Sequence record: NZ_CP088995.1
From: a plasmid
DNA: 64,000 nt
Strand: one strand, 5' to 3'
The notes under the pieces were generated by a model. It ran no database searches. It had not been told where the DNA came from and was given only the letters and a program-made list of their open reading frames with translations. The translations under genes and the position numbers were made by a program. Positions 42,601-52,843 of the stretch are shown here, one piece after another (positions within the stretch are counted from its first letter, which is position 1; each line of letters starts with the position of its first letter).

Positions 42601-44511
42601 GTGCGCCGGGAGACCGGTAGAGATCAAGGGGTGAAAGTCCCCGACCATTGAAGGACCAGCAATCCACAAGGTCCCCGAGTCATGCGTTGCATACCGCGAG
42701 GTATGGGGCGAAGCGTTGACAGGGGTGTTGACAGGCCAGCCATTGAGCCACGAAATGTATATTAAATTACCGGGTGCCGACGTTGTACTGTTAACGGAAG
42801 GCAACATCATAGGGTGCGATACTGCGAGTGCCACATGGACCCGGCGGGGTCTGAGACCCTGGCATGTCAATACGATCTCTACGCGGGAACCGGGAGATCT
42901 CCCCTCTGACCATCTGCCAGTGTCGGAGATGGCCCGCACCGGGAAGACGAGGAGTCATAGCCGGTGATGTACGGAGAGGAGAAGTCGGACTCGCTCATAG
43001 TAGCGGCGAAGCAGGCGAACAACCCGAAAGGAGCGGAGTCAGTGGAGCGAAGGAGCGGGGCCAAGGGGAACGCGGAACAGCCACACATGCGCCGGACACA
43101 GAGCCGGGAAAGCATGTCACAGAGGCTGTCACGCGTGCGGGAAGCTGCGAAGCAGCGGAAGAAAGAACGGTTTACAGCATTGTTCCACCTGCTGACAGTC
43201 GAAGCACTGGAAGCCGCATTCCTCTCCCTGAGCAGGAAAGCGGCCGCCGGAGTGGATGGCATCAGGTGGATGGACTACGCCGGAAACATGAAGAACAACA
43301 TAACAGATCTGCACCGGAGGCTACATCAGGGCAGCTACAGGGCGCAGCCCGGCAGGCGTCACTACATCCCAAAAGCGGATGGAAAACAACGCCCGCTCGG
43401 CATCGCCTCGCTGGAGGACAAGATCGTCCAGTATGCGCTGGTGAAAATCCTGAACGCAGTCTATGAAAACGACTTTATGGGGTTCTCATACGGGTTCAGA
43501 CCCGGGCGAAGCCAGCACGATGCACTGGACGCACTGGCCACAGGGCTGGTACGCACTAACGTAAACTGGGTACTGGATGCCGACATCAGTCAGTTCTTCG
43601 ACAGGGTGAGCCACGAATGGCTGATCAGGTTCACAGAGCATCGGATCGGCGACCGGAGGGTAATCAGGCTCATACGTAAGTGGCTCACAGCCGGGACGTC
43701 GGAGGAGGGTCAATGGCGAGCAACGGAGGAAGGCACCCCACAGGGTGCGGTCATCTCACCGCTGCTGGCAAACATATACCTCCACTACGTCTTCGATCTG
43801 TGGGCGCATCAGTGGCGACGTCGCTATGCCACAGGCAATGTGGTAATGGTCAGATACGCCGATGACATCGTCATCGGGTTCGACAAACGATACGATGCCC
43901 GGCGCTTCCGTATAGCCATGCAGCGCAGACTGAGGGAGTTCGGACTCACGGTTCACCCGGAGAAAACCCGTCTGATGGAGTTCGGCCGCTTCGCTGCCGA
44001 AAACCGTGCCATCAGGGGAAAAGGCAAACCAGAAACGTTCAACTTCCTCGGGTTCACGCACATCAGCGGGAAAGATCGCAACGGCAGGTTCATGCTGATA
44101 CGAAAGACCCGCCGGGATCGGATGACGGCAACTCTGAAAGCCATCAAAGACGGTCTGCGAAGGCGCTGGCATTACTCAATCCCCGAACAGGGAAAATGGC
44201 TCAGGAGAGTGGTTCAGGGATACCTGAACTATCACTCGGTACCGGGCAACTTCCCCACCATGCAGAAGTTCAGGACACACGTAACAAACCTCTGGCGCCG
44301 GGCGCTCAGGCGCAGGAGCCAGAAGGATGATACGACCTGGACGAAAGCAAACAAACTGGCAGCCGCATGGCTACCAAGGGTTCGGGTTCTTCATCCATGG
44401 CCTGTGGAGCGGTTCACCGCCAGACACCCGAGGCAGGAGCCCGGTGCGTAAATCGCGCACGCCGGGATCTGTGCGGGGGGTATCCGGTAACGGGTATCCC
44501 TACCGCGACAT
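42601..44511 (+). mobile_element. Bacterial group II intron (about 1.9 kb) with its intron-encoded protein in domain IV
   Basis: 5' end GTGCGCC, RT-maturase ORF, 3' domain V/VI-like GC-rich hairpins ending ...TACCGCGACAT just after the ORF stop. Confidence 0.75.
42964..44451 (+). CDS. ltrA: Group II intron reverse transcriptase/maturase (495 aa)
   Basis: RT motifs (PKADGKQRPLGIASLEDKIVQ; YADDIVIG) and maturase/X domain. Confidence 0.85.
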   Translation: MMYGEEKSDSLIVAAKQANNPKGAESVERRSGAKGNAEQPHMRRTQSRESMSQRLSRVREAAKQRKKERFTALFHLLTVEALEAAFLSLSRKAAAGVDGIRWMDYAGNMKNNITDLHRRLHQGSYRAQPGRRHYIPKADGKQRPLGIASLEDKIVQYALVKILNAVYENDFMGFSYGFRPGRSQHDALDALATGLVRTNVNWVLDADISQFFDRVSHEWLIRFTEHRIGDRRVIRLIRKWLTAGTSEEGQWRATEEGTPQGAVISPLLANIYLHYVFDLWAHQWRRRYATGNVVMVRYADDIVIGFDKRYDARRFRIAMQRRLREFGLTVHPEKTRLMEFGRFAAENRAIRGKGKPETFNFLGFTHISGKDRNGRFMLIRKTRRDRMTATLKAIKDGLRRRWHYSIPEQGKWLRRVVQGYLNYHSVPGNFPTMQKFRTHVTNLWRRALRRRSQKDDTTWTKANKLAAAWLPRVRVLHPWPVERFTARHPRQEPGA

Positions 44512-44559
44512 ATTTAACAGCGTGACGATAATCCAGATCGCATGCCTTAAGAACATTTT

Positions 44560-44696
44560 GAGTAAATAAAGGTGTTCAAAATGCTTATATTAATCATTTT
44601 GATATTTTTATATTGCTCATATTGAGAAATATTACTTTGTTTTTTTCATTTTGCTCTTATAATTGGTATCAAATTGAGTGTAACTAACGGAGCATA
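44560..44696 (+). promoter_or_regulatory. AT-rich iterated region upstream of stbA; candidate parC-type centromere/promoter
   Basis: short repeats TTGATATTTTTATATTGCTCATATTGAG...TTTTGCTCTTATAATTGG. Confidence 0.4.
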
Positions 44697-45671
44697 TTGA
44701 TGAATATTTACTGCGATGATGGTTCAACTAATGTTAAGCTGGCATGGTTTGAAGGCGATGAGCTTCAGACCCGGGTTTCTGCGAACTCCTTCCGGCATGG
44801 CTGGAAAGTGGCGGAATTCAGTGCGGCAACGTTCAACTATCAGGTGGGGACGCTGAAATACACCTGGGACAGCGTCAGTCGGGATGCCATCCCGACAACA
44901 AACGTGGAATATCAGTACGGTGATCTCAACCTGCTGGCCGTGCATCATGCGCTGCTGAACAGCGGACTGGAGCCGCAGCCGGTGAGCCTGACCGTGACGC
45001 TGCCCCTGAGTGAGTATTACGACGGGGACTGCCAGCGGAACGAGGAGAACATACGACGCAAACGGGAAAACCTGATGCGTGAGCTGGTTCTGAATAAGGG
45101 CAGGGCATTTACCGTAACGGACGTGAAGGTGATGCCGGAATCACTACCGGCGGCGTTCTCCCGTCTCGCGGAGCTGAAACCCGGCCCCGCTGAGACCACC
45201 CTGATTATCGATCTCGGTGGTACCACGCTCGATGCCGGTGTGATTGTCGGCCAGTTTGATGATATCAGTGCGGTGCACGGTAATCCGTCTGTCGGTGTGT
45301 CACAGGTCACCCGCGCAGCTGCAGGCGCGCTGCGTGCGGCAGACAGCGAAACCAGCGCCCTCATCGCTGACACTGTCATCCGCAACCGCAATGATCGTCA
45401 GTATCTGCAGCGTGTGATCAACGATGCCGGTAAAATTGACGAGGTTCGGAACAAAATAACAGAGGCAATCACTTCCCTGGGGGCGCGTGTCACCAGTGAG
45501 CTGACGGCCTTCAGGAACGTTAACCGGGTATTCCTGGTCGGGGGAGGGGCTTCCCTCATAGAAGAAGCTATCCGTCAGGCCTGGCCTCTGGCTCATGACC
45601 GTATCGAGGTTATAGGCGATCCGCAGATGGCGCTGGCCAGGGAGATTGCCCTTTACAATAAAGAGGACTAA
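44697..45671 (+). CDS. stbA: Actin-like partition ATPase StbA/ParM (type II)
   Basis: MNIYCDDGSTNVKLAW... aligns with R1 ParM MLVFIDDGSTNIKLQW...; DLGGTTLD phosphate-2 motif. Confidence 0.85.
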   Translation: MMNIYCDDGSTNVKLAWFEGDELQTRVSANSFRHGWKVAEFSAATFNYQVGTLKYTWDSVSRDAIPTTNVEYQYGDLNLLAVHHALLNSGLEPQPVSLTVTLPLSEYYDGDCQRNEENIRRKRENLMRELVLNKGRAFTVTDVKVMPESLPAAFSRLAELKPGPAETTLIIDLGGTTLDAGVIVGQFDDISAVHGNPSVGVSQVTRAAAGALRAADSETSALIADTVIRNRNDRQYLQRVINDAGKIDEVRNKITEAITSLGARVTSELTAFRNVNRVFLVGGGASLIEEAIRQAWPLAHDRIEVIGDPQMALAREIALYNKED

Positions 45672-45673
45672 AC

Positions 45674-46345
45674 GTGCCGGACGGCCAGTATTCTTTCTAT
45701 CTGCACAGCGACGATCGCACCGACATCGCGGCGATGGCAACCATCAGCACCATCTCACAGCCCCTGCGCGGTGAGTTCATCCGTACCGCCGCCACCGCCG
45801 GGGCGGTGGTATACCAGGTGGATGCCCGTTTACCGGCGCTGATCCCGGTGTTCTTTGCCGGGCAGCTAAGCGCTGTCCGCCTTTGCGCCGTGATGGCCCT
45901 GGTCTCCGGAACCTGGTCCTCACTCACCGGCCTTCCGGATGAGCCCGAAAATGGTGGGGCTGCTCTGCCCGTGTCACCGGAGACGGAATACCAGCGCCGG
46001 CGTTACACCCTGACGCTTCAGAATGGCCGGAGTGGGGAACGGGTGGAAAGTGTGCTGACGGAAGCGTCATCCCGTCTGCGTGGGGATCTGCTGAGAAACC
46101 TGATTATCACCGGTCTTGCCCTCCACACGACGGCGCCTGAACTGCCGCGCCTGCTGGCCAGTATGCCGGTACCGCCCACCTCGGTCAGTGAGCTGCAGGC
46201 ACTGGTTCAGCAGATGGCCGGCACCGCTGACGTGAACAGGGCTGCAGCTGCAGTACCGGATACGCCGGCAGCATCTGCCGCGCCGGTGTCCGGGTCGGAT
46301 ACCCGGGAAATAAAGAAAAATATGCGGCGTGCATTCGGCGACTAA
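45674..46345 (+). CDS. stbB: StbB/ParR-like adaptor candidate (223 aa, GTG start), unusually long
   Basis: position immediately after stbA; Ala/Pro-rich; no confident motif. Confidence 0.4.
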   Translation: MPDGQYSFYLHSDDRTDIAAMATISTISQPLRGEFIRTAATAGAVVYQVDARLPALIPVFFAGQLSAVRLCAVMALVSGTWSSLTGLPDEPENGGAALPVSPETEYQRRRYTLTLQNGRSGERVESVLTEASSRLRGDLLRNLIITGLALHTTAPELPRLLASMPVPPTSVSELQALVQQMAGTADVNRAAAAVPDTPAASAAPVSGSDTREIKKNMRRAFGD

Positions 46346-46407
46346 CAGTACGAATCACATCCACTACTACACCGATTTCAAATGACTGGCATCCCAGGGC
46401 GGTTCTC

Positions 46408-46638
46408 ATGTCACCAGGATTCAGAAATGTTCTCCGTCTCGCCCGCATTCCCGTCGACAGCAGTGAACCGGTGCGAAGAAAATTTGGCAGCCGGCTGATT
46501 GGCATTGTGACGGTATGTCTGCTTCCGCTTCTGGTTTTCGACGTTCCGCAGTGGGTTTTCATTTTGTCGCAGGTCATCTGGGGGGCGGGCGTCTATATTG
46601 GCCTGTCCCTGGCCGGGGATAAATCCCTGAACCGCTGA
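46408..46638 (+). CDS. Small membrane protein (76 aa)
   Basis: two hydrophobic segments; ORF only. Confidence 0.3.
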   Translation: MSPGFRNVLRLARIPVDSSEPVRRKFGSRLIGIVTVCLLPLLVFDVPQWVFILSQVIWGAGVYIGLSLAGDKSLNR

Positions 46639-47074
46639 TACAAACTTTCCGGTTGTTCAAAAAAAGAACAGACGTGGTGGCGTCTGTTCTCCCGCGCTTC
46701 TCCGTCGTTTGCCTTCAGGTTATCCACAATTTTAAGCCCCGGATTTGTGGACAGGTATGCCGGTAATTCCCCGTTCGCCTGGAGTTAACGCCAGCCTGCC
46801 GCCCGCTGCCAGTGTCTCGCGTCCGGTCTGGTACGGGACGGGCGGTTTTTCCGCTCCGGCCCGGCGTCGTTGAGAGTGTACGCCAGTCCCTCGCCCTTTT
46901 AAGGAACGCCCTTCAAGCCGCTTTCGCGGCATATCCTTGCCGTCCAAAAGACGGACGGCTGCGGTATTCCACGGTCGGCCTGACCCGTGACCGGACGCGA
47001 TGAACAGGCAGCGTGCGGCAGGGAACGGTATCGCGGTGATGCCTCCTGCCCCCTCAGACTACAGGAGTGCTGCC

Positions 47075-47776
47075 ATGTCCAGATTCATTCTCGGGAACTG
47101 TATTGATGTGATGCGCGGATTCCCCGACCGTGCCGTGGACCTTATTGTGACCGATCCGCCTTACCTCGTCGGTTTTAAGGACCGTCAGGGCAGACAGATT
47201 GCCGGGGATGTGACGGACGAATGGCTGCAACCGGCCACGCTGGAGATGTACCGCGTCCTTAAAAAAGACGCGCTGATGGTGAGCTTCTACGGCTGGAACC
47301 GTGTGGACCGCTTTATGGCCGCGTGGAAGGCGGCAGGATTCTATGCCGTGGGCCAGCTTGTGTTCACCAAAAACTATGCCTCCAACCGTCGTAACGCCAG
47401 GGCCCGACGCGGATTTGTGGACTACTGCCATGAAGGGGCTTATGTCCTTGCCAAAGGCCGCCCCGTGCCGCCCCTTAAACCGCTGCCGGATGTGCTGCCC
47501 TTCCCGTATACCGGTAATACCCTGCATCCGACGCAGAAACCAGTGGAGGCGCTACAGCCGCTGATTGAGTCATTCAGCGCTCCGGGCGCGATTGTTCTCG
47601 ACCCGTTTGCCGGAAGCGGTTCGACCTGCGTCGCTGCATACCGTGCCGGACGCCGCTATATCGGCATCGAAATGCTGGCGCAGTACCACCGGGCCGGAAC
47701 CGAACGACTGGCCGCCATGCACCGGGCCGTAAATACCCCGGCGGCGAACGATGAATGGCTTCCGGAGGCCGCGTAA
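47075..47776 (+). CDS. Orphan N6-adenine/N4-cytosine-type DNA methyltransferase (DPPY motif), 233 aa
   Basis: MSRFILGNCIDVMRGFPDRAVDLIVTDPPY...; second SAM-binding region FAGSGST; RBS CAGGAG. Confidence 0.75.
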   Translation: MSRFILGNCIDVMRGFPDRAVDLIVTDPPYLVGFKDRQGRQIAGDVTDEWLQPATLEMYRVLKKDALMVSFYGWNRVDRFMAAWKAAGFYAVGQLVFTKNYASNRRNARARRGFVDYCHEGAYVLAKGRPVPPLKPLPDVLPFPYTGNTLHPTQKPVEALQPLIESFSAPGAIVLDPFAGSGSTCVAAYRAGRRYIGIEMLAQYHRAGTERLAAMHRAVNTPAANDEWLPEAA

Positions 47777-47997
47777 TGAATTACGACGGACACGAAGCCC
47801 TGCGCCGCGATATGGCCGGGCTGGCGAACAATCTTTGCGACCTGAAAACCACCCTGAAAGTGCTGGAAGACACGTACCACTACCGGTACGACGGACTGGC
47901 GGAACGGCTTGCCGGTATCAGTCTGCGACGTCTCAGCGTCCTGATGGATGAGGCGTTCAATATTGCACTGATGCTCGATGAAAGCTTTCTGGATTGA
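47776..47997 (+). CDS. Hypothetical protein (73 aa), start overlaps the methyltransferase stop (TAATG)
   Basis: ORF only. Confidence 0.4.
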   Translation: MNYDGHEALRRDMAGLANNLCDLKTTLKVLEDTYHYRYDGLAERLAGISLRRLSVLMDEAFNIALMLDESFLD

Positions 47998-48006
47998 GGA
48001 GAGAAC

Positions 48007-48426
48007 ATGTACGGAACCCGTGAAGATCTTTGCAGGATGCTGAATGAGCAATATCCCGCAGAAACCCCGCTGAACCTGATTATCTGGACCCCGGCGGATA
48101 TTGAAGCACTGGCTGACGGGATGGAATATTCCTTTTCAGAACATGACGTAAGGGCAGTACTGGAACGCATGGACACTATACCGGAAGAACAACGGCTTGA
48201 GTCGGGCGTGTCAGCCGGCCTGGTGATGGCACTGATAGACCAGGTGAAAGAGAACGGGCAGAGGGTGACTGTGCCGGTTGACCTGCTTGAAACCCTGCTG
48301 ATTACCGCCGAACAGGCATTGTGGGACAGGGAATGGACCGCACGGGATCGCAATCTCCCGGTGCCGGAAAGCGTAATGCGCCGCCTGGCGGATACAGCAA
48401 AAGTGCGGGCATTACTGAAAAGCTGA
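48007..48426 (+). CDS. Hypothetical leading-region protein (139 aa)
   Basis: ORF only. Confidence 0.45.
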   Translation: MYGTREDLCRMLNEQYPAETPLNLIIWTPADIEALADGMEYSFSEHDVRAVLERMDTIPEEQRLESGVSAGLVMALIDQVKENGQRVTVPVDLLETLLITAEQALWDREWTARDRNLPVPESVMRRLADTAKVRALLKS

Positions 48427-48479
48427 CAGCAGATCGCCCCGCCACGCGGCGGGGTGATATAACCCGGACAGAGACGATA

Positions 48480-49247
48480 ATGATGAAAAAAGAAACCCTT
48501 AACACGCTTATTCTGCGTCACGGCGACCGGATGCTGCGCCAGGCTGGCTGGCCCGACACTGTTGATATGGCGCCCGTCGCCCCCGAAACCGTACCCGGCT
48601 GGCTTGCCGCCTGCGGCTCTCTCAGTGGCGTGGAAATCCTCACGCTTACGGAACAGCTTTGTCAGCCGCTGACGTATGGCCGGGCAGCGTTGTTGCTCGC
48701 CAGCGCCCGGCGGCTGGCGGGAACCCCGGCTCGTCTGCATCTCTTTCCGGTGCAGGCATATCCGCATCCGGAGCGGCTGGCTGACTGTCAGGTTATCCGC
48801 CTGCCTTACGCTCAGGAGTGGCTGACAGCGGCGGAATGTGACGATCTGCTGGCCTTCCTGAAAGCCTCCCTCACGCAGATATCGGAAATCGTCCACCGGG
48901 ATACGAAGCGCATCGCCGCCGCGCTTACGCCGTCCGTCAATCCCCGTCTGATGGACAGGCGGATCGGTGACTGGCGCTTGCTGGCCGTGGAGTATGATCA
49001 TGATAACTGCCTGGACGAAGACGAAACCGACAGGCTGGATCAGGTCCTCGATGCCATTCTGATTCGCGATGCGCGATTCTGCCCGGTCCTGCTCACCCTG
49101 GTTAACGAGCGGGAGGAAACTATCAGGAGCGCAGGGGTTATCGCTGATCAGCTGCGTTTTACGGACACTCCGGTCCGGCGCTGGTTTGATCGCCGGGTTT
49201 TAAGGGAAATGGTGAGAGAGGCCCGCGCCAGCAGAACTCAGGAGTGA
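48480..49247 (+). CDS. Hypothetical leading-region protein (255 aa)
   Basis: ORF from MMKKETLN. Confidence 0.45.
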   Translation: MMKKETLNTLILRHGDRMLRQAGWPDTVDMAPVAPETVPGWLAACGSLSGVEILTLTEQLCQPLTYGRAALLLASARRLAGTPARLHLFPVQAYPHPERLADCQVIRLPYAQEWLTAAECDDLLAFLKASLTQISEIVHRDTKRIAAALTPSVNPRLMDRRIGDWRLLAVEYDHDNCLDEDETDRLDQVLDAILIRDARFCPVLLTLVNEREETIRSAGVIADQLRFTDTPVRRWFDRRVLREMVREARASRTQE

Positions 49248-49261
49248 CAGCCCGGAGCGTC

Positions 49262-49920
49262 AGGGGAGGGGGACCCTCCCTTGTCAGCCTGCCGGCACAG
49301 GAGGTGTGGTGCGATAAGGATGTCGCCGTGCCGGCTCCGCGTCCACCCGGCCCGGTTTCCGGGCCTTTTGGGTGAACACAACCCTCTGTTATCGCCGTGC
49401 CGTGTGCTGGCTGTGCCGTGCCTTCACTTTAGCCCGGCAGCCGCAGAGGCTGGAGTTCGCTGGCGCCGCCATCCCCGGATAAGGCAGTCGCCGGCTTGCC
49501 GTTGCCGCCGGCTCCGCTTCACCCGGCCCCATCCCTCCGGTCCGTGGCCTTATTACTGCGTCTGTCGCGTTGCGACATCTGCTTCCGCTTTTCTCCCGGT
49601 GGTCGAAAAACGGGGGAGAGAAACCCTGTATTCAACCTCCTGCATCGCGACGGGTAGTGCCGTGCCTTCACTTTAGCCCGGCCGCTGCAGATGCAAGGGT
49701 GCGCTGACGCCGCCATCCTCGCCCGGTCGCAGGTTTTTTATGATGCTCGCCGTTCTTCCCGTCGTTTTCTCGCTCAGGTTTCGCTCGAAAACCGTCCAGA
49801 CCAGCTTCGCGCTATATCTGCGCTGCGGCCTCCGGTGTCGCCCCTGCATCTTCCGCTTTTCGCCGGGCTGTCGTGTCGGCACGGCACAACCCGGTGCCGC
49901 AGTCTATGTGATTACGGAGG
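49262..49920 (+). repeat. GC-rich structured non-coding region with two copies of GCCGTGCCTTCACTTTAGCCCGG (49415, 49655); ssi/Frpo-like element upstream of the ArdB-family gene
   Basis: seen directly in the sequence; no convincing ORF. Confidence 0.5.
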
Positions 49921-49927
49921 TTTATCC

Positions 49928-50356
49928 ATGCAGTATGTGAATACATGCCCGGTCCTGAATGTTGAGGAGTCCGACCGCCTGTCTTTTATGCCGTACCTGT
50001 TCGGCACGGATTTCATGCTCGCGGAATTACAGGTGTACGCTCTGGCCAAAAAATGGATGCCCGAATATGAGGGCGGCTTCTGGCATTTTATTCGCCTGCC
50101 GGAGGGGGGCGGCTACATGATGCCGGATTGTGGCCGGGTACATCTGGTCAGTAGCGAAAACTGGTTTGATCGCACTGTCAGCGCCGACGCGGCGGGCATT
50201 ATTCTGACCAGCCTGGCGATTAATCGCCGTCTGGCGGCCCATCATGACAGCAGTAACCCGGCGCTGACTCGCCTTTATATGCTGCGTGATGCCCAGCTCT
50301 GGAATCACATCACCTTTCACCCCGAATGCAGTGCTATTTACGCCGCGCTGGACTGA
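49928..50356 (+). CDS. ArdB/KlcA-family antirestriction protein (142 aa), second paralogue in the window
   Basis: ...EGGFWHFIRLPEGGGYMMPD...SADAAGIILTSL... shares the GGFYMAP/SADAAGI signatures with KlcA at 13116. Confidence 0.65.
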   Translation: MQYVNTCPVLNVEESDRLSFMPYLFGTDFMLAELQVYALAKKWMPEYEGGFWHFIRLPEGGGYMMPDCGRVHLVSSENWFDRTVSADAAGIILTSLAINRRLAAHHDSSNPALTRLYMLRDAQLWNHITFHPECSAIYAALD

Positions 50357-50398
50357 TTAACGACCGGGGCGGTTACACCGCCCCGCAGGGAGACAAAA

Positions 50399-50905
50399 AT
50401 GACTTCATCAGTAACCGTTCCGGCCGTCTACGTGGGCACATATCACCAGTACAACGGCGGCAGTATTTTTGGCAAATGGTTTGATTTAACCGACTTCGAC
50501 GACGAAGACGAATTTTATGACGCCTGCCGGGCGTTGCATGCCGCCGAGGATGACCCCGAGTTTATGTTTCAGGACTGGGAAGGGATCCCGTCTCAGTTTG
50601 CCTCTGAATCCTCTGTTAAGTGGGCGTTTATCGAGGCATTCCGGCAGGCGCAGGACGAAGGACGCGCTGCCGCGTTTGTGGCCTGGGCGGACTATACCGG
50701 CGAGTGCGACTATGACGCCTTTGATGAGGCGTATTGTGGCGAGGCTGAAAGCGAGGAGGATTTTGCTTATGGCTTTGTGGAGGATCACGGCCTGTTAAAC
50801 GAGGTGCCTGAATCCCTGCGCGTCTATTTCGATTATGAGGCTTACGCGCGGGATCTGTTCAGCAGCGGCTATGTCTTCCATGAAGGCTATGTATTCAGCA
50901 ACTGA
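50399..50905 (+). CDS. ardA: ArdA antirestriction protein (DNA mimic), 168 aa
   Basis: YVGTYHQYNGGSIFGKWFDL and highly acidic DE-rich body. Confidence 0.85.
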   Translation: MTSSVTVPAVYVGTYHQYNGGSIFGKWFDLTDFDDEDEFYDACRALHAAEDDPEFMFQDWEGIPSQFASESSVKWAFIEAFRQAQDEGRAAAFVAWADYTGECDYDAFDEAYCGEAESEEDFAYGFVEDHGLLNEVPESLRVYFDYEAYARDLFSSGYVFHEGYVFSN

Positions 50906-50947
50906 TGACTATCCGGCGGGGAAGCCCGCCGGTTAAGGAGAAAGCAC

Positions 50948-51139
50948 ATGAAACTTGCACCACAAAGCCGCGATATCCTGCGACAGTACAAAGCCCTGAT
51001 TAATGCCCGCCGCCGCGATGCCGGTCAGCGGGAACTGACCACTGCGCAGGTGATGGATGAAATCTGCGAATACATGACCTGTCAGTGCGCCGTCTATATT
51101 GGCGGCCATTTCATTCTTCAGGGGGGAAAGGCACGATAA
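50948..51139 (+). CDS. Hypothetical protein (63 aa)
   Basis: ORF only. Confidence 0.3.
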   Translation: MKLAPQSRDILRQYKALINARRRDAGQRELTTAQVMDEICEYMTCQCAVYIGGHFILQGGKAR

Positions 51140-51326
51140 ATCACAGGGCAGGGGGGAACCTCTGCCGCTTCCGGCCGCGCGAAAACCCGGGCAGGCTGCG
51201 CCTGCCGGAGAGAGACGTCGCCGCGCCTCCGGCGCCGCGCACTCTCCTCTCCGTTGTCAGTCGCTGTTGCCCCGGAATTCGCGTATTATCAGGGATATCT
51301 TCCTGTAAAGCAGACCGGTAAAGCAT

Positions 51327-51581
51327 ATGTCAAAGTGGAATATCGCCTCTTTTTCAAAGGAGGAGCAGGATAAAGTTGCCGTCGATAAGGTGGCTGCTGC
51401 TGTTGCCTGGCAGGAGCGCATGAACAAGCCCGTCGTGCCGGAACTTGTTGAACGGGAACAGCCTGAACACCTGCGCGAATATTTCCATGAACGGCTCCGC
51501 GTACATCGACTGAACAGTCAGCAGCTGCCGCGCGCAAATGCGCCCGAATATAATAAACCCGGAGATGAGCAGCAGAAGTGA
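51327..51581 (+). CDS. Hypothetical protein (84 aa)
   Basis: ORF only. Confidence 0.35.
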   Translation: MSKWNIASFSKEEQDKVAVDKVAAAVAWQERMNKPVVPELVEREQPEHLREYFHERLRVHRLNSQQLPRANAPEYNKPGDEQQK

Positions 51582-51615
51582 TTCTTATAGTCAGTGTGTC
51601 CAGGGAGGAAATTTT

Positions 51616-51936
51616 ATGCGTATGTCTCTGATGTTTGCAGCCGTGACGCTTTTAACCGGTATTAACCTGTTTTTTATTCCGTTTCAGCCTGTTCCGGCTC
51701 TGTGGGGGGCTATCCTGGCCGTTGCTTTTGTTCTGATTAATGTCGTGGCGGATAAGCTGCGCCTCTGGAGTGGCATTGCGTGGATTATCGTTGCCGGCAT
51801 CATCATAACGCTGATGCTGAAGGGGAAAGAGCCGGGTGACGAATTACGCGGGTTGATCACCGTTTTTGCTTTCCTGGCTTCGGCCTGGTACTGCGTTGTA
51901 CAGTACAGAAAAGAGCAGGGCGAATCTCAGTCCTGA
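51616..51936 (+). CDS. Small inner-membrane protein (106 aa, 3 predicted TM segments)
   Basis: MRMSLMFAAVTLLTGINLFFIPF...; RBS GGGAGG. Confidence 0.45.
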   Translation: MRMSLMFAAVTLLTGINLFFIPFQPVPALWGAILAVAFVLINVVADKLRLWSGIAWIIVAGIIITLMLKGKEPGDELRGLITVFAFLASAWYCVVQYRKEQGESQS

Positions 51937-52017
51937 CCTGACCGGTACCCTTCATCTTGCTGCTGCTCTTCCTCTGGCTTTGCCTCACTTTCCTTTCACA
52001 CAATCTGCTCCGGGGCC

Positions 52018-52590
52018 ACCTTCGGCTCCTGACCCGCTGGCGCGGTTCAGTCGTCGAGCCACACTCCGCTAACCGCGAAAAGACGCGGTAAGCTCCGCCG
52101 AACCCGCTACGCGGTTTCGGGCCTGGCGGCTAGTGTCTGATGTCTGACGTCAAGGTCAACGGCAGCGCTTGCTGCGACCGTCCCGGTCGCGCCGCTTTCA
52201 CCGTGCCGGCGAAGGACTGCCGGCACTCTGCGGGGCAACGCCGTTTCGCGCCCGCGCGTTCCGTCGTTGCGGCGGGTGCCTGCTCCTTTCCCCTGGTACC
52301 CGTATCACCCGTTTGAGTCCATTCGCCGGGGCTGAGACAAGCACAACCCGTCTTGCTGTCCAGGGGACGGCAGGGCCTTTCGCAATAAATTTTTCCCGGC
52401 CATTCCGCTGCCGCTTCATTAGGCCGAAAAAAATTTCCCGCTCACCCCCGGACATCTGCACCGGGCCGTGCTCGTTTACGCCCTTGCGGCGAACGGCTCT
52501 CAAACGGGTGAAGGTTATATCCAGGGGGCAGGTTCAGCAGGTCCCCGCACAAAGTCAAAACCGCGGCCCCGGCAACTCAACGGGTGATGT
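52018..52590 (+). repeat. Frpo/ssi-like leading-region repeat, copy A (about 570 bp, highly structured, GC-rich)
   Basis: about 90-100% identical over most of its length to 55385-55990; ends 26 bp before an ATG. Confidence 0.7.
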
Positions 52591-52615
52591 TCTTTAAAAA
52601 TCAGGAAAAAGAAAA

Positions 52616-52843
52616 ATGCAGGATCCTTCATTGCGAACGTATCGGATCGCATTTCTGGGAAGCAATGCCAGCGGCAATCTGCCGATGTTTACCCGGGTGC
52701 AGGCCACGACCGGAAAACGGGCGATAAAAGCGTTTATTGAACGCTGTGAACCCGTCAAAGGCTGGTTTCTGGGCGAACCGGAAGACATTACCGATCAGCT
52801 TAAGAAGGAGGAAGAAGAAGCGGGAAGCAAACCGCAGATATGA
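52616..52843 (+). CDS. Hypothetical protein (75 aa) directly downstream of repeat copy A
   Basis: ORF only. Confidence 0.4.
   Translation: MQDPSLRTYRIAFLGSNASGNLPMFTRVQATTGKRAIKAFIERCEPVKGWFLGEPEDITDQLKKEEEEAGSKPQI

Noticed and set aside
52198-52503. 101-124-aa ORFs on the minus strand inside the Frpo/ssi-like repeats (also 55517..55891 and 63364..63681)
   Set aside because: They are identical in copies A and B only because the DNA is identical. The frame is destroyed in the diverged copy C. The sequence is GC-rich with structured features typical of non-coding ssi elements.
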